Assembly: GCF_009914755.1 (NCBI RefSeq)
Contig: NC_060937.1
Origin: the human T2T-CHM13v2.0 reference genome, Homo sapiens
Reading direction: 5' to 3' (one strand)
Length of the DNA: 64,000 nucleotides
The translations under genes were made by a program, and so were the position numbers. This document shows positions 15,401 through 31,700 of this stretch, piece by piece (the first letter of the stretch is position 1; every line of letters begins with the position of its first letter). The notes under the pieces are model-generated. The model saw nothing but the letters and a program-made list of their open reading frames with translations. It searched no databases and was not told the DNA's origin.

Positions 15401-18400
15401 AAATACATATTATATACTGTACATGAAATATCAAAGTTCACAAACTATATATTGTATACTGTACATAAAATATCAAAGTACCGAAGGGATATATTCTATA
15501 CTGTACAAAAAATATCAAAGTACCCAAAGCATGTATTATATACTGTACATAAAATATGAAAGTACATGAAATATATATTTTATTCTGTACATAAAATATC
15601 AAAGTACACCAAATATATATTCTATAGTGTACATAAAATATCAAAGTACCCAGACTATACATTATATACTGTACATAAAACATGAAATTACATCCAATAT
15701 ATATTATATTAGGTACATAAAATATGAAAGTACATCAAATATAAATTATATACTGTACATAAAATACCAAAGTACCCCAAATATATATTATATACTGTAC
15801 ATGAAATATCAAAGTTCACAAACTATATATTATATACTGTACATAAAATATCAAAGTACCCAAGGTATACATTCTATACTGTACAAAAAATATCAAAGTA
15901 CCCAAAGCATGTATTATATAGTGTATATAAAATATGAAAGTACATCAAATATATATTTAATTCTGTACATAAAATATCAAAGTACACCAAATATATATTC
16001 TATAGTGTACATTAAATATCAAACTACCCAAACTATACATTATATACTGTACATAAAATATGAAATTACATCAAATATATATTATATTAGGTACATAAAA
16101 TATGAAAGTACATCAAATATAGATTATACACTGTACATAAAATACCAAAGAACCCCAAATATATATTATATACTGTACATGAAATATCAAAGTTCACAAA
16201 CTATATATTATATACTGTACATAAAATATCAAAGTACCCAAGGTATATATTCTATACTGTACAAAAAATATCAAAGTACCCAAAGCATGTATTATATAGT
16301 GTATATAAAATATGAAAGTACATCAAATATATATTTAATTCTGTACATAAAATATCAAAGTACACCAAATATATATTCTATACTGTACATAAAATATCAA
16401 AGTACCCAAACTATACATTATATACTGTACATAAAATATGAAATTACATCAAATATATATTATATTAGGTACATAAAATATGAAAGTACATCAAATATAG
16501 ATTATACACTGTACATAAAATACCAAAGAACCCCAAATATATATTATATACTGTACATGAAATATCAAAGTTCACAAACTATATATTATATAATGTACAT
16601 AAAATATCAAAGTACCCAAGGTATATATTCTATACTGTACAAAAAATATCAAAGTACGCAAACATGTATTATATACTGTACATAAAATATGAAATTACAT
16701 CAAATATATATTATATTAGGTACATAAAATATGAAAGTACATCAAATATACATTATATAATGTACATAAAATACCAAAGTACCCCAAATATATATTATAT
16801 ACTGTACATGAAATATCAAAGTTCACAAACTATATATTATATACTGTACATAAAATATCAAAGTACCAAAGGGATATATTCTATAATGTACAAAAAATAT
16901 CAAAGTACCCAAAGCATGTATTATATACTGTATATAAAATATGAAAGTACATGAAATATATATTTTATTATGTACATAAAATATCAAAGTACACCAAATA
17001 TATATTCTATAGTGTACATAAAATATCAAAGTACCCAGACTATACATTATATACTGTACATAAAACATGAAATTACATCCAATATATATTATATTTGGTA
17101 CATAAAATATGAAAGTACATCAAATATAAATTATATACTGTACATAAAATACCAAAGTACCCCAAATATATATTATATACTGTACATGAAATATCAAAGT
17201 TCACAAACTATATATTATATACTGTACATAAAATATCAAAGTACCCAAGGTATATATTCTATACTGTACAAAAAATATCAAAGTTCCCAAAGCATGTATT
17301 ATATACTGTTAATAAAATATGAAAGTACATCAAATATATATTTAATTCTGTACATAAAATATCAAAGTACACCAAATATATATTCTATAGTGTACATAAA
17401 ATATCAAAGTACCCAAACTATACATTATATACTGTACATAAAATATGAAATTACATCAAATATATATTATATTAGGTACATAAAATATGAAAGTACATCA
17501 AATATAGATTATATACTGTACATAAAATACCAAAGTACCCCAAATACATATTATATACTGTACATGAAATATCAAAGTTCACAAACTATATATTGTATAC
17601 TGTACATAAAATATCAAAGTACCGAAGGGATATATTCTATACTGTACAAAAAATATCAAAGTACCCAAAGCATGTATTATATACTGTACATAAAATATGA
17701 AAGTACATGAAATATATATTTTATTCTGTACATAAAATATCAAAGTACACCAAATATATATTCTATAGTGTACATAAAATATCAAAGTACCCAGACTATA
17801 CATTATATACTGTACATAAAACATGAAATTACATCCAATATATATTATATTAGGTACATAAAATATGAAAGTACATCAAATATAAATTATATACTGTACA
17901 TAAAATACCAAAGTACCCCAAATATATATTATATACTGTACATGAAATATCAAAGTTCACAAACTATATATTATATACTGTACATAAAATATCAAAGTAC
18001 CCAAGGTATATATTCTATACTGTACAAAAAATATCAAAGTACCCAAAGCATGTATTATATAGTGTATATAAAATATGAAAGTACATCAAATATATATTTA
18101 ATTCTGTACATAAAATATCAAAGTACACCAAATATATATTCTATAGTGTACATTAAATATCAAACTACCCAAACTATACATTATATACTGTACATAAAAT
18201 ATGAAATTACATCAAATATATATTATATTAGGTACATAAAATATGAAAGTACATCAAATATAGATTATACACTGTACATAAAATACCAAAGAACCCCAAA
18301 TATATATTATATACTGTACATGAAATATCAAAGTTCACAAACTATATATTATATACTGTACATAAAATATCAAAGTACCCAAGGTATATATTCTATACTG

Positions 18401-21400
18401 TACAAAAAATATCAAAGTACCCAAAGCATGTATTATATAGTGTATATAAAATATGAAAGTACATCAAATATATATTTAATTCTGTACATAAAATATCAAA
18501 GTACACCAAATATATATTCTATACTGTACATAAAATATCAAAATACCCAAACTATACATTATATACTGTACATAAAATATGAAATTACATCAAATATATA
18601 TTATATTAGGTACATAAAATATGAAAGTACATCAAATATAGATTATACACTGTACATAAAATACCAAAGAACCCCAAATATATATTATATACTGTACATG
18701 AAATATCAAAGTTCACAAACTATATATTATATAATGTACATAAAATATCAAAGTACCCAAGGTATATATTCTATACTGTACAAAAAATATCAAAGTACGC
18801 AAACATGTATTATATACTGTACATAAAATATGAAATTACATCAAATATATATTATATTAGGTACATAAAATATGAAAGTACATCAAATATACATTATATA
18901 ATGTACATAAAATACCAAAGTACCCCAAATATATATTATATACTGTACATGAAATATCAAAGTTCACAAACTATATATTATATACTGTACATAAAATATC
19001 AAAGTACCGAAGGGATATATTCTATAATGTACAAAAAATATCAAAGTACCCAAAGCATGTATTATATACTGTACATAAAATATGAAAGTACATGAAATAT
19101 ATATTTTATTCTGTACATAAAATATCAAAGTACACCAAATATATATTCTATAGTGTACATAAAATATCAAAGTACCCAGACTATACATTATATACTGTAC
19201 ATAAAACATGAAATTACATCCAATATATATTATATTTGGTACATAAAATATGAAAGTACATCAAATATAAATTATATACTGTACATAAAATACCAAAGTA
19301 CCCCAAATATATATTATATACTGTACATGAAATATCAAAGTTCACAAACTATATATTATATACTGTACATAAAATATCAAAGTACCCAAGGTATATATTC
19401 TATACTGTACAAAAAATATCAAAGTTCCCAAAGCATGTATTATATACTGTTAATAAAATATGAAAGTACATCAAATATATATTTAATTCTGTACATAAAA
19501 TATCAAAGTACACCAAATATATATTCTATAGTGTACATAAAATATCAAAGTACCCAAACTATACATTATATACTGTACATAAAATATGAAATTACATCAA
19601 ATATATATTATATTAGGTACATAAAATATGAAAGTACATCAAATATATATTATATACTGTACATAAAATACCAAAGTACCCCAAATACATATTATATACT
19701 GTACATGAAATATCAAAGTTCACAAACTATATATTGTATACTGTACATAAAATATCAAAGTACCGAAGGGATATATTCTATACTGTACAAAAAATATCAA
19801 AGTACCCAAAGCATGTATTATATACTGTACATAAAATATGAAAGTACATGAAATATATATTTTATTCTGTACATAAAATATCAAAGTACACCAAATATAT
19901 ATTCTATAGTGTACATAAAATATCAAAGTACCCAGACTATACATTATATACTGTACATAAAACATGAAATTACATCCAATATATATTATATTAGGTACAT
20001 AAAATATGAAAGTACATCAAATATAAATTATATACTGTACATAAAATACCAAAGTACCCCAAATATATATTATATACTGTACATGAAATATCAAAGTTCA
20101 CAAACTATATATTATATACTGTACATAAAATATCAAAGTACCCAAGGTATATATTCTATACTGTACAAAAAATATCAAAGTACCCAAAGCATGTATTATA
20201 TAGTGTATATAAAATATGAAAGTACATCAAATATATATTTAATTCTGTACATAAAATATCAAAGTACACCAAATATATATTCTATAGTGTACATTAAATA
20301 TCAAACTACCCAAACTATACATTATATACTGTACATAAAATATGAAATTACATCAAATATATATTATATTAGGTACATAAAATATGAAAGTACATCAAAT
20401 ATAGATTATACACTGTACATAAAATACCAAAGAACCCCAAATATATATTATATACTGTATATGAAATATCAAAGTTCACAAACTATATATTATATACTGT
20501 ACATAAAATATCAAAGTACCCAAGGTATATATTCTATACTGTACAAAAAATATCAAAGTACCCAAAGCATGTATTATATAGTGTATATAAAATATGAAAG
20601 TACATCAAATATATATTTAATTCTGTACATAAAATATCAAAGTACACCAAATATATATTCTATACTGTACATAAAATATCAAAGTACCCAAACTATACAT
20701 TATATACTGTACATAAAATATGAAATTACATCAAATATATATTATATTAGGTACATAAAATATGAAAGTACATCAAATATAGATTATACACTGTACATAA
20801 AATACCAAAGAACCCCAAATCTATATTATATACTGTACATGAAATATCAAAGTTCACAAACTATATATTATATACTGTACATAAAATATCAAAGTACCCA
20901 AGGTATATATTCTATACTGTACAAAAAATATCAAAGTTCCCAAAGCATGTATTATATACTGTTAATAAAATATGAAAGTACATCAAATATATATTTAATT
21001 CTGTACATAAAATATCAAAGTACACCAAATATATATTCTATAGTGTACATAAAATATCAAAGTACCCAAACTATACATTATATACTGTACATAAAATATG
21101 AAATTACATCAAATATATATTATATTAGGTACATAAATATGAAAGTACATCAAATATAGATTATATACTGTACATAAAATACCAAAGTACCCCAAATACA
21201 TATTATATACTGTACATGAAATATCAAAGTTCACAAACTATATATTGTATACTGTACATAAAATATCAAAGTACCGAAGGGATATATTCTATACTGTACA
21301 AAAAATATCAAAGTACCCAAAGCATGTATTATATACTGTACATAAAATATGAAAGTACATGAAATATATATTTTATTCTGTACATAAAATATCAAAGTAC

Positions 21401-22795
21401 ACCAAATATATATTCTATAGTGTACATAAAATATCAAAGTACCCAGACTATACATTATATACTGTACATAAAACATGAAATTACATCCAATATATATTAT
21501 ATTAGGTACATAAAATATGAAAGTACATCAAATATAAATTATATACTGTACATAAAATACCAAAGTACCCCAAATATATATTATGTACTGTACATGAAAT
21601 ATCAAAGTTCACAAACTATATATTATATACTGTACATAAAATATCAAAGTACCCAAGGTATATATTCTATACTGTACAAAAAATATCAAAGTACCCAAAG
21701 CATGTATTATATAGTGTATATAAAATATGAAAGTACATCAAATATATATTTAATTCTGTACATAAAATATCAAAGTACACCAAATATATATTCTATAGTG
21801 TACATTAAATATCAAACTACCCAAACTATACATTATATACTGTACATAAAATATGAAATTACATCAAATATATATTATATTAGGTACATAAAATATGAAA
21901 GTACATCAAATATAGATTATACACTGTACATAAAATACCAAAGAACCCCAAATATATATTATATACTGTACATGAAATATCAAAGTTCACAAACTATATA
22001 TTATATACTGTACATAAAATATCAAAGTACCCAAGGTATATATTCTATACTGTACAAAAAATATCAAAGTACGCAAACATGTATTATATACTGTACATAA
22101 AATATGAAATTACATCAAATATATATTATATTAGGTACATAAAATATGAAAATACATCAAATATACATTATATAATGTACATAAAATACCAAAGTACCCC
22201 AAATATATATTATATACTGTACATGAAATATCAAAGTTCACAAACTATATATTATATACTGTACATAAAATATCAAAGTACCGAAGGGATATATTCTATA
22301 ATGTACAAAAAATATCAAAGTACCCAAAGCATGTATTATATACTGTACATAAAATATGAAAGTACATGAAATATATATTTTATTCTGTACATAAAATATC
22401 AAAGTACACCAAATATATATTCTATAGTGTACATAAAATATCAAAGTACCCAGACTATACATTATATACTGTACATAAAACATGAAATTACATCCAATAT
22501 ATATTATATTTGGTACATAAAATATGAAAGTACATCAAATATAAATTATATACTGTACATAAAATACCAAAGTACCCCAAATATATATTATATACTGTAC
22601 ATGAAATATCAAAGTTCACAAACTATATATTATATACTGTACATAAAATATCAAAGTACCCAAGGTATATATTCTATACTGTACAAAAAATATCAAAGTT
22701 CCCAAAGCATGTATTATATACTGTTAATAAAATATGAAAGTACATCAAATATATATTTAATTCTGTACATAAAATATCAAAGTACACCAAATATA

Positions 22796-25700
22796 TATTC
22801 TATAGTGTACATAAAATATCAAAGTACCCAAACTATACATTATATACTGTACATAAAATATGAAATTACATCAAATATATATTATATTAGGTACATAAAA
22901 TATGAAAGTACATCAAATATATATTATATACTGTACATAAAATACCAAAGTACCCCAAATACATATTATATACTGTACATGAAATATCAAAGTTCACAAA
23001 CTATATATTGTATACTGTACATAAAATATCAAAGTACCGAAGGGATATATTCTATACTGTACAAAAAATATCAAAGTACCCAAAGCATGTATTATATACT
23101 GTACATAAAATATGAAAGTACATGAAATATATATTTTATTCTGTACATAAAATATCAAAGTACACCAAATATATATTCTATAGTGTACATAAAATATCAA
23201 AGTACCCAGACTATACATTATATACTGTACATAAAACATGAAATTACATCCAATATATATTATATTAGGTACATAAAATATGAAAGTACATCAAATATAA
23301 ATTATATACTGTACATAAAATACCAAAGTACCCCAAATATATATTATATACTGTACATGAAATATCAAAGTTCACAAACTATATATTATATACTGTACAT
23401 AAAATATCAAAGTACCCAAGGTATATATTCTATAGTGTACAAAAAATATCAAAGTACCCAAAGCATGTATTATATAGTGTATATAAAATATGAAAGTACA
23501 TCAAATATATATTTAATTCTGTACATAAAATATCAAAGTACACCAAATATATATTCTATAGTGTACATTAAATATCAATCTACCCAAACTATACATTATA
23601 TACTGTACATAAAATATGAAATTACATCAAATATATATTATATTAGGTACATAAAATATGAAAGTACATCAAATATAGATTATACACTGTACATAAAATA
23701 CCAAAGAACCCCAAATATATATTATATACTGTACATGAAATATCAAAGTTCACAAACTATATATTATATACTGTACATAAAATATCAAAGTACCCAAGGT
23801 ATATATTCTATACTGTACAAAAAATATCAAAGTACCCAAAGCATGTATTATATAGTGTATATAAAATATGAAAGTACATCAAATATATATTTAATTCTGT
23901 ACATAAAATATCAAAGTACACCAAATATATATTCTATACTGTACATAAAATATCAAAGTACCCAAACTATACATTATATACTGTACATAAAATATGAAAT
24001 TACATCAAATATATATTATATTAGGTACATAAAATATGAAAGTACATCAAATATAGATTATACACTGTACATAAAATACCAAAGAACCCCAAATATATAT
24101 TATATACTGTACATGAAATATCAAAGTTCACAAACTATATATTATATAATGTACATAAAATATCAAAGTACCCAAGGTATATATTCTATACTGTACAAAA
24201 AATATCAAAGTACGCAAACATGTATTATATACTGTACATAAAATATGAAATTACATCAAATATATATTATATTAGGTACATAAAATATGAAAGTACATCA
24301 AATATACATTATATAATGTACATAAAATACCAAAGTACCCCAAATATATATTATATACTGTACATGAAATATCAAAGTTCACAAACTATATATTATATAC
24401 TGTACATAAAATATCAAAGTACCGAAGGGATATATTCTATAATGTACAAAAAATATCAAAGTACCCAAAGCATGTATTATATACTGTACATAAAATATGA
24501 AAGTACATGAAATATATATTTTATTCTGTACATAAAATATCAAAGTACACCAAATATATATTCTATAGTGTACATAAAATATCAAAGTACCCAGACTATA
24601 CATTATATACTGTACATAAAACATGAAATTACATCCAATATATATTATATTTGGTACATAAAATATGAAAGTACATCAAATATAAATTATATACTGTACA
24701 TAAAATACCAAAGTACCCCAAATATATATTATATACTGTACATGAAATATCAAAGTTCACAAACTATATATTATATACTGTACATAAAATATCAAAGTAC
24801 CCAAGGTATATATTCTATACTGTACAAAAAATATCAAAGTTCCCAAAGCATGTATTATATACTGTTAATAAAATATGAAAGTACATCAAATATATATTTA
24901 ATTCTGTACATAAAATATCAAAGTACACCAAATATATATTCTATAGTGTACATAAAATATCAAAGTACCCAAACTATACATTATATACTGTACATAAAAT
25001 ATGAAATTACATCAAATATATATTATATTAGGTACATAAAATATGAAAGTACATCAAATATAGATTATATACTGTACATAAAATACCAAAGTACCCCAAA
25101 TACATATTATATACTGTACATGAAATATCAAAGTTCACAAACTATATATTGTATACTGTACATAAAATATCAAAGTACCGAAGGGATATATTCTATACTG
25201 TACAAAAAATATCAAAGTACCCAAAGCATGTATTATATACTGTACATAAAATATGAAAGTACATGAAATATATATTTTATTCTGTACATAAAATATCAAA
25301 GTACACCAAATATATATTCTATAGTGTACATAAAATATCAAAGTACCCAGACTATACATTATATACTGTACATAAAACATGAAATTACATCCAATATATA
25401 TTATATTAGGTACATAAAATATGAAAGTACATCAAATATAAATTATATACTGTACATAAAATACCAAAGTACCCCAAATATATATTATATACTGTACATG
25501 AAATATCAAAGTTCACAAACTATATATTATATACTGTACATAAAATATCAAAGTACCCAAGGTATATATTCTATACTGTACAAAAAATATCAAAGTACCC
25601 AAAGCATGTATTATATAGTGTATATAAAATATGAACGTACATCAAATATATATTTAATTCTGTACATAAAATATCAAAGTACACCAAATATATATTCTAT

Positions 25701-28700
25701 AGTGTACATTAAATATCAAACTACCCAAACTATACATTATATACTGTACATAAAATATGAAATTACATCAAATATATATTATATTAGGTACATAAAATAT
25801 GAAAGTACATCAAATATAGATTATACACTGTACATAAAATACCAAAGAACCCCAAATATATATTATATACTGTATATGAAATATCAAAGTTCACAAACTA
25901 TATATTATATACTGTACATAAAATATCAAAGTACCCAAGGTATATATTCTATACTGTACAAAAAATATCAAAGTACCCAAAGCATGTATTATATAGTGTA
26001 TATAAAATATGAAAGTACATCAAATATATATTTAATTCTGTACATAAAATATCAAAGTACACCAAATATATATTCTATACTGTACATAAAATATCAAAGT
26101 ACCCAAACTATACATTATATACTGTACATAAAATATGAAATTACATCAAATATATATTATATTAGGTACATAAAATATGAAAGTACATCAAATATAGATT
26201 ATACACTGTACATAAAATACCAAAGAACCCCAAATATATATTATATACTGTACATGAAATATCAAAGTTCACAAACTATATATTATATACTGTACATAAA
26301 ATATCAAAGTACCCAAGGTATATATTCTATACTGTACAAAAAATATCAAAGTTCCCAAAGCATGTATTATATACTGTTAATAAAATATGAAAGTACATCA
26401 AATATATATTTAATTCTGTACATAAAATATCAAAGTACACCAAATATATATTCTATAGTGTACATAAAATATCAAAGTACCCAAACTATACATTATATAC
26501 TGTACATAAAATATGAAATTACATCAAATATATATTATATTAGGTACATAAAATATGAAAGTACATCAAATATAGATTATATACTGTACATAAAATACCA
26601 AAGTACCCCAAATACATATTATATACTGTACATGAAATATCAAAGTTCACAAACTATATATTGTATACTGTACATAAAATATCAAAGTACCGAAGGGATA
26701 TATTCTATACTGTACAAAAAATATCAAAGTACCCAAAGCATGTATTATATACTGTACATAAAATATGAAAGTACATGAAATATATATTTTATTCTGTACA
26801 TAAAATATCAAAGTACACCAAATATATATTCTATAGTGTACATAAAATATCAAAGTACCCAGACTATACATTATATACTGTACATAAAACATGAAATTAC
26901 ATCCAATATATATTATATTAGGTACATAAAATATGAAAGTACATCAAATATAAATTATATACTGTACATAAAATACCAAAGTACCCCAAATATATATTAT
27001 ATACTGTACATGAAATATCAAAGTTCACAAACTATATATTATATACTGTACATAAAATATCAAAGTACCCAAGGTATATATTCTATACTGTACAAAAAAT
27101 ATCAAAGTACCCAAAGCATGTATTATATAGTGTATATAAAATATGAAAGTACATCAAATATATATTTAATTCTGTACATAAAATATCAAAGTACACCAAA
27201 TATATATTCTATAGTGTACATTAAATATCAAACTACCCAAACTATACATTATATACTGTACATAAAATATGAAATTACATCAAATATATATTATATTAGG
27301 TACATAAAATATGAAAGTACATCAAATATAGATTATACACTGTACATAAAATACCAAAGAACCCCAAATATATATTATATACTGTACATGAAATATCAAA
27401 GTTCACAAACTATATATTATATACTGTACATAAAATATCAAAGTACCCAAGGTATATATTCTATACTGTACAAAAAATATCAAAGTACGCAAACATGTAT
27501 TATATACTGTACATAAAATATGAAATTACATCAAATATATATTATATTAGGTACATAAAATATGAAAGTACATCAAATATACATTATATAATGTACATAA
27601 AATACCAAAGTACCCCAAATATATATTATATACTGTACATGAAATATCAAAGTTCACAAACTATATATTATATACTGTACATAAAATATCAAAGTACCGA
27701 AGGGATATATTCTATAATGTACAAAAAATATCAAAGTACCCAAAGCATGTATTATATACTGTACATAAAATATGAAAGTACATGAAATATATATTTTATT
27801 CTGTACATAAAATATCAAAGTACACCAAATATATATTCTATAGTGTACATAAAATATCAAAGTACCCAGACTATACATTATATACTGTACATAAAACATG
27901 AAATTACATCCAATATATATTATATTTGGTACATAAAATATGAAAGTACATCAAATATAAATTATATACTGTACATAAAATACCAAAGTACCCCAAATAT
28001 ATATTATATACTGTACATGAAATATCAAAGTTCACAAACTATATATTATATACTGTACATAAAATATCAAAGTACCCAAGGTATATATTCTATACTGTAC
28101 AAAAAATATCAAAGTTCCCAAAGCATGTATTATATACTGTTAATAAAATATGAAAGTACATCAAATATATATTTAATTCTGTACATAAAATATCAAAGTA
28201 CACCAAATATATATTCTATAGTGTACATAAAATATCAAAGTACCCAAACTATACATTATATACTGTACATAAAATATGAAATTACATCAAATATATATTA
28301 TATTAGGTACATAAAATATGAAAGTACATCAAATATATATTATATACTGTACATAAAATACCAAAGTACCCCAAATACATATTATATACTGTACATGAAA
28401 TATCAAAGTTCACAAACTATATATTGTATACTGTACATAAAATATCAAAGTACCGAAGGGATATATTCTATACTGTACAAAAAATATCAAAGTACCCAAA
28501 GCATGTATTATATACTGTACATAAAATATGAAAGTACATGAAATATATATTTTATTCTGTACATAAAATATCAAAGTACACCAAATATATATTCTATAGT
28601 GTACATAAAATATCAAAGTACCCAGACTATACATTATATACTGTACATAAAACATGAAATTACATCCAATATATATTATATTAGGTACATAAAATATGAA

Positions 28701-31700
28701 AGTACATCAAATATAAATTATATACTGTACATAAAATACCAAAGTACCCCAAATATATATTATATACTGTACATGAAATATCAAAGTTCACAAACTATAT
28801 ATTATATACTGTACATAAAATATCAAAGTACCCAAGGTATATATTCTATACTGTACAAAAAATATCAAAGTACCCAAAGCATGTATTATATAGTGTATAT
28901 AAAATATGAAAGTACATCAAATATATATTTAATTCTGTACATAAAATATCAAAGTACACCAAATATATATTCTATAGTGTACATTAAATATCAAACTACC
29001 CAAACTATACATTATATACTGTACATAAAATATGAAATTACATCAAATATATATTATATTAGGTACATAAAATATGAAAGTACATCAAATATAGATTATA
29101 CACTGTACATAAAATACCAAAGAACCCCAAATATATATTATATACTGTACATGAAATATCAAAGTTCACAAACTATATATTATATACTGTACATAAAATA
29201 TCAAAGTACCCAAGGTATATATTCTATACTGTACAAAAAATATCAAAGTACCCAAAGCATGTATTATATAGTGTATATAAAATATGAAAGTACATCAAAT
29301 ATATATTTAATTCTGTACATAAAATATCAAAGTACACCAAATATATATTCTATACTGTACATAAAATATCAAAGTACCCAAACTATACATTATATACTGT
29401 ACATAAAATATGAAATTACATCAAATATATATTATATTAGGTACATAAAATATGAAAGTACATCAAATATAGATTATACACTGTACATAAAATACCAAAG
29501 AACCCCAAATATATATTATATACTGTACATGAAATATCAAAGTTCACAAACTATATATTATATACTGTACATAAAATATCAAAGTACCCAAGGTATATAT
29601 TCTATACTGTACAAAAAATATCAAAGTTCCCAAAGCATGTATTATATACTGTTAATAAAATATGAAAGTACATCAAATATATATTTAATTCTGTTCATAA
29701 AATATCAAAGTACACCAAATATATATTCTATAGTGTACATAAAATATCAAAGTACCCAAACTATACATTATATACTGTACATAAAATATGAAATTACATC
29801 AAATATATATTATATTAGGTACATAAAATATGAAAGTACATCAAATATAGATTATATACTGTACATAAAATACCAAAGTACCCCAAATACATATTATATA
29901 CTGTACATGAAATATCAAAGTTCACAAACTATATATTGTATACTGTACATAAAATATCAAAGTACCGAAGGGATATATTCTATACTGTACAAAAAATATC
30001 AAAGTACCCAAAGCATGTATTATATACTGTACATAAAATATGAAAGTACATGAAATATATATTTTATTCTGTACATAAAATATCAAAGTACACCAAATAT
30101 ATATTCTATAGTGTACATAAAATATCAAAGTACCCAGACTATACATTATATACTGTACATAAAACATGAAATTACATCCAATATATATTATATTAGGTAC
30201 ATAAAATATGAAAGTACATCAAATATAAATTATATACTGTACATAAAATACCAAAGTACCCCAAATATATATTATATACTGTACATGAAATATCAAAGTT
30301 CACAAACTATATATTATATACTGTACATAAAATATCAAAGTACCCAAGGTATATATTCTATACTGTACAAAAAATATCAAAGTACCCAAAGCATGTATTA
30401 TATAGTGTATATAAAATATGAAAGTACATCAAATATATATTTAATTCTGTACATAAAATATCAAAGTACACCAAATATATATTCTATAGTGTACATTAAA
30501 TATCAAACTACCCAAACTATACATTATATACTGTACATAAAATATGAAATTACATCAAATATATATTATATTAGGTACATAAAATATGAAAGTACATCAA
30601 ATATAGATTATACACTGTACATAAAATACCAAAGAACCCCAAATATATATTATATACTGTACATGAAATATCAAAGTTCACAAACTATATATTATATACT
30701 GTACATAAAATATCAAAGTACCCAAGGTATATATTCTATACTGTACAAAAAATATCAAAGTACCCAAAGCATGTATTATATAGTGTATATAAAATATGAA
30801 AGTACATCAAATATATATTTAATTCTGTACATAAAATATCAAAGTACACCAAATATATATTCTATACTGTACATAAAATATCAAAGTACCCAAACTATAC
30901 ATTATATACTGTACATAAAATATGAAATTACATCAAATATATATTATATTAGGTACATAAAATATGAAAGTACATCAAATATAGATTATACACTGTACAT
31001 AAAATACCAAAGAACCCCAAATATATATTATATACTGTACATGAAATATCAAAGTTCACAAACTATATATTATATACTGTACATAAAATATCAAAGTACC
31101 CAAGGTATATATTCTATACTGTACAAAAAATATCAAAGTTCCCAAAGCATGTATTATATACTGTTAATAAAATATGAAAGTACATCAAATATATATTTAA
31201 TTCTGTTCATAAAATATCAAAGTACACCAAATATATATTCTATAGTGTACATAAAATATCAAAGTACCCAAACTATACATTATATACTGTACATAAAATA
31301 TGAAATTACATCAAATATATATTATATTAGGTATATAAAATATGAAAGTACATCAAATATAGATTATATACTGTACATAAAATACCAAAGTACCCCAAAT
31401 ACATATTATATACTGTACATGAAATATCAAAGTTCACAAACTATATATTGTATACTGTACATAAAATATCAAAGTACCGAAGGGATATATTCTATACTGT
31501 ACAAAAAATATCAAAGTACCCAAAGCATGTATTATATACTGTACATAAAATATGAAAGTACATGAAATATATATTTTATTCTGTACATAAAATATCAAAG
31601 TACACCAAATATATATTCTATAGTGTACATAAAATATCAAAGTACCCAGACTATACATTATATACTGTACATAAAACATGAAATTACATCCAATATATAT

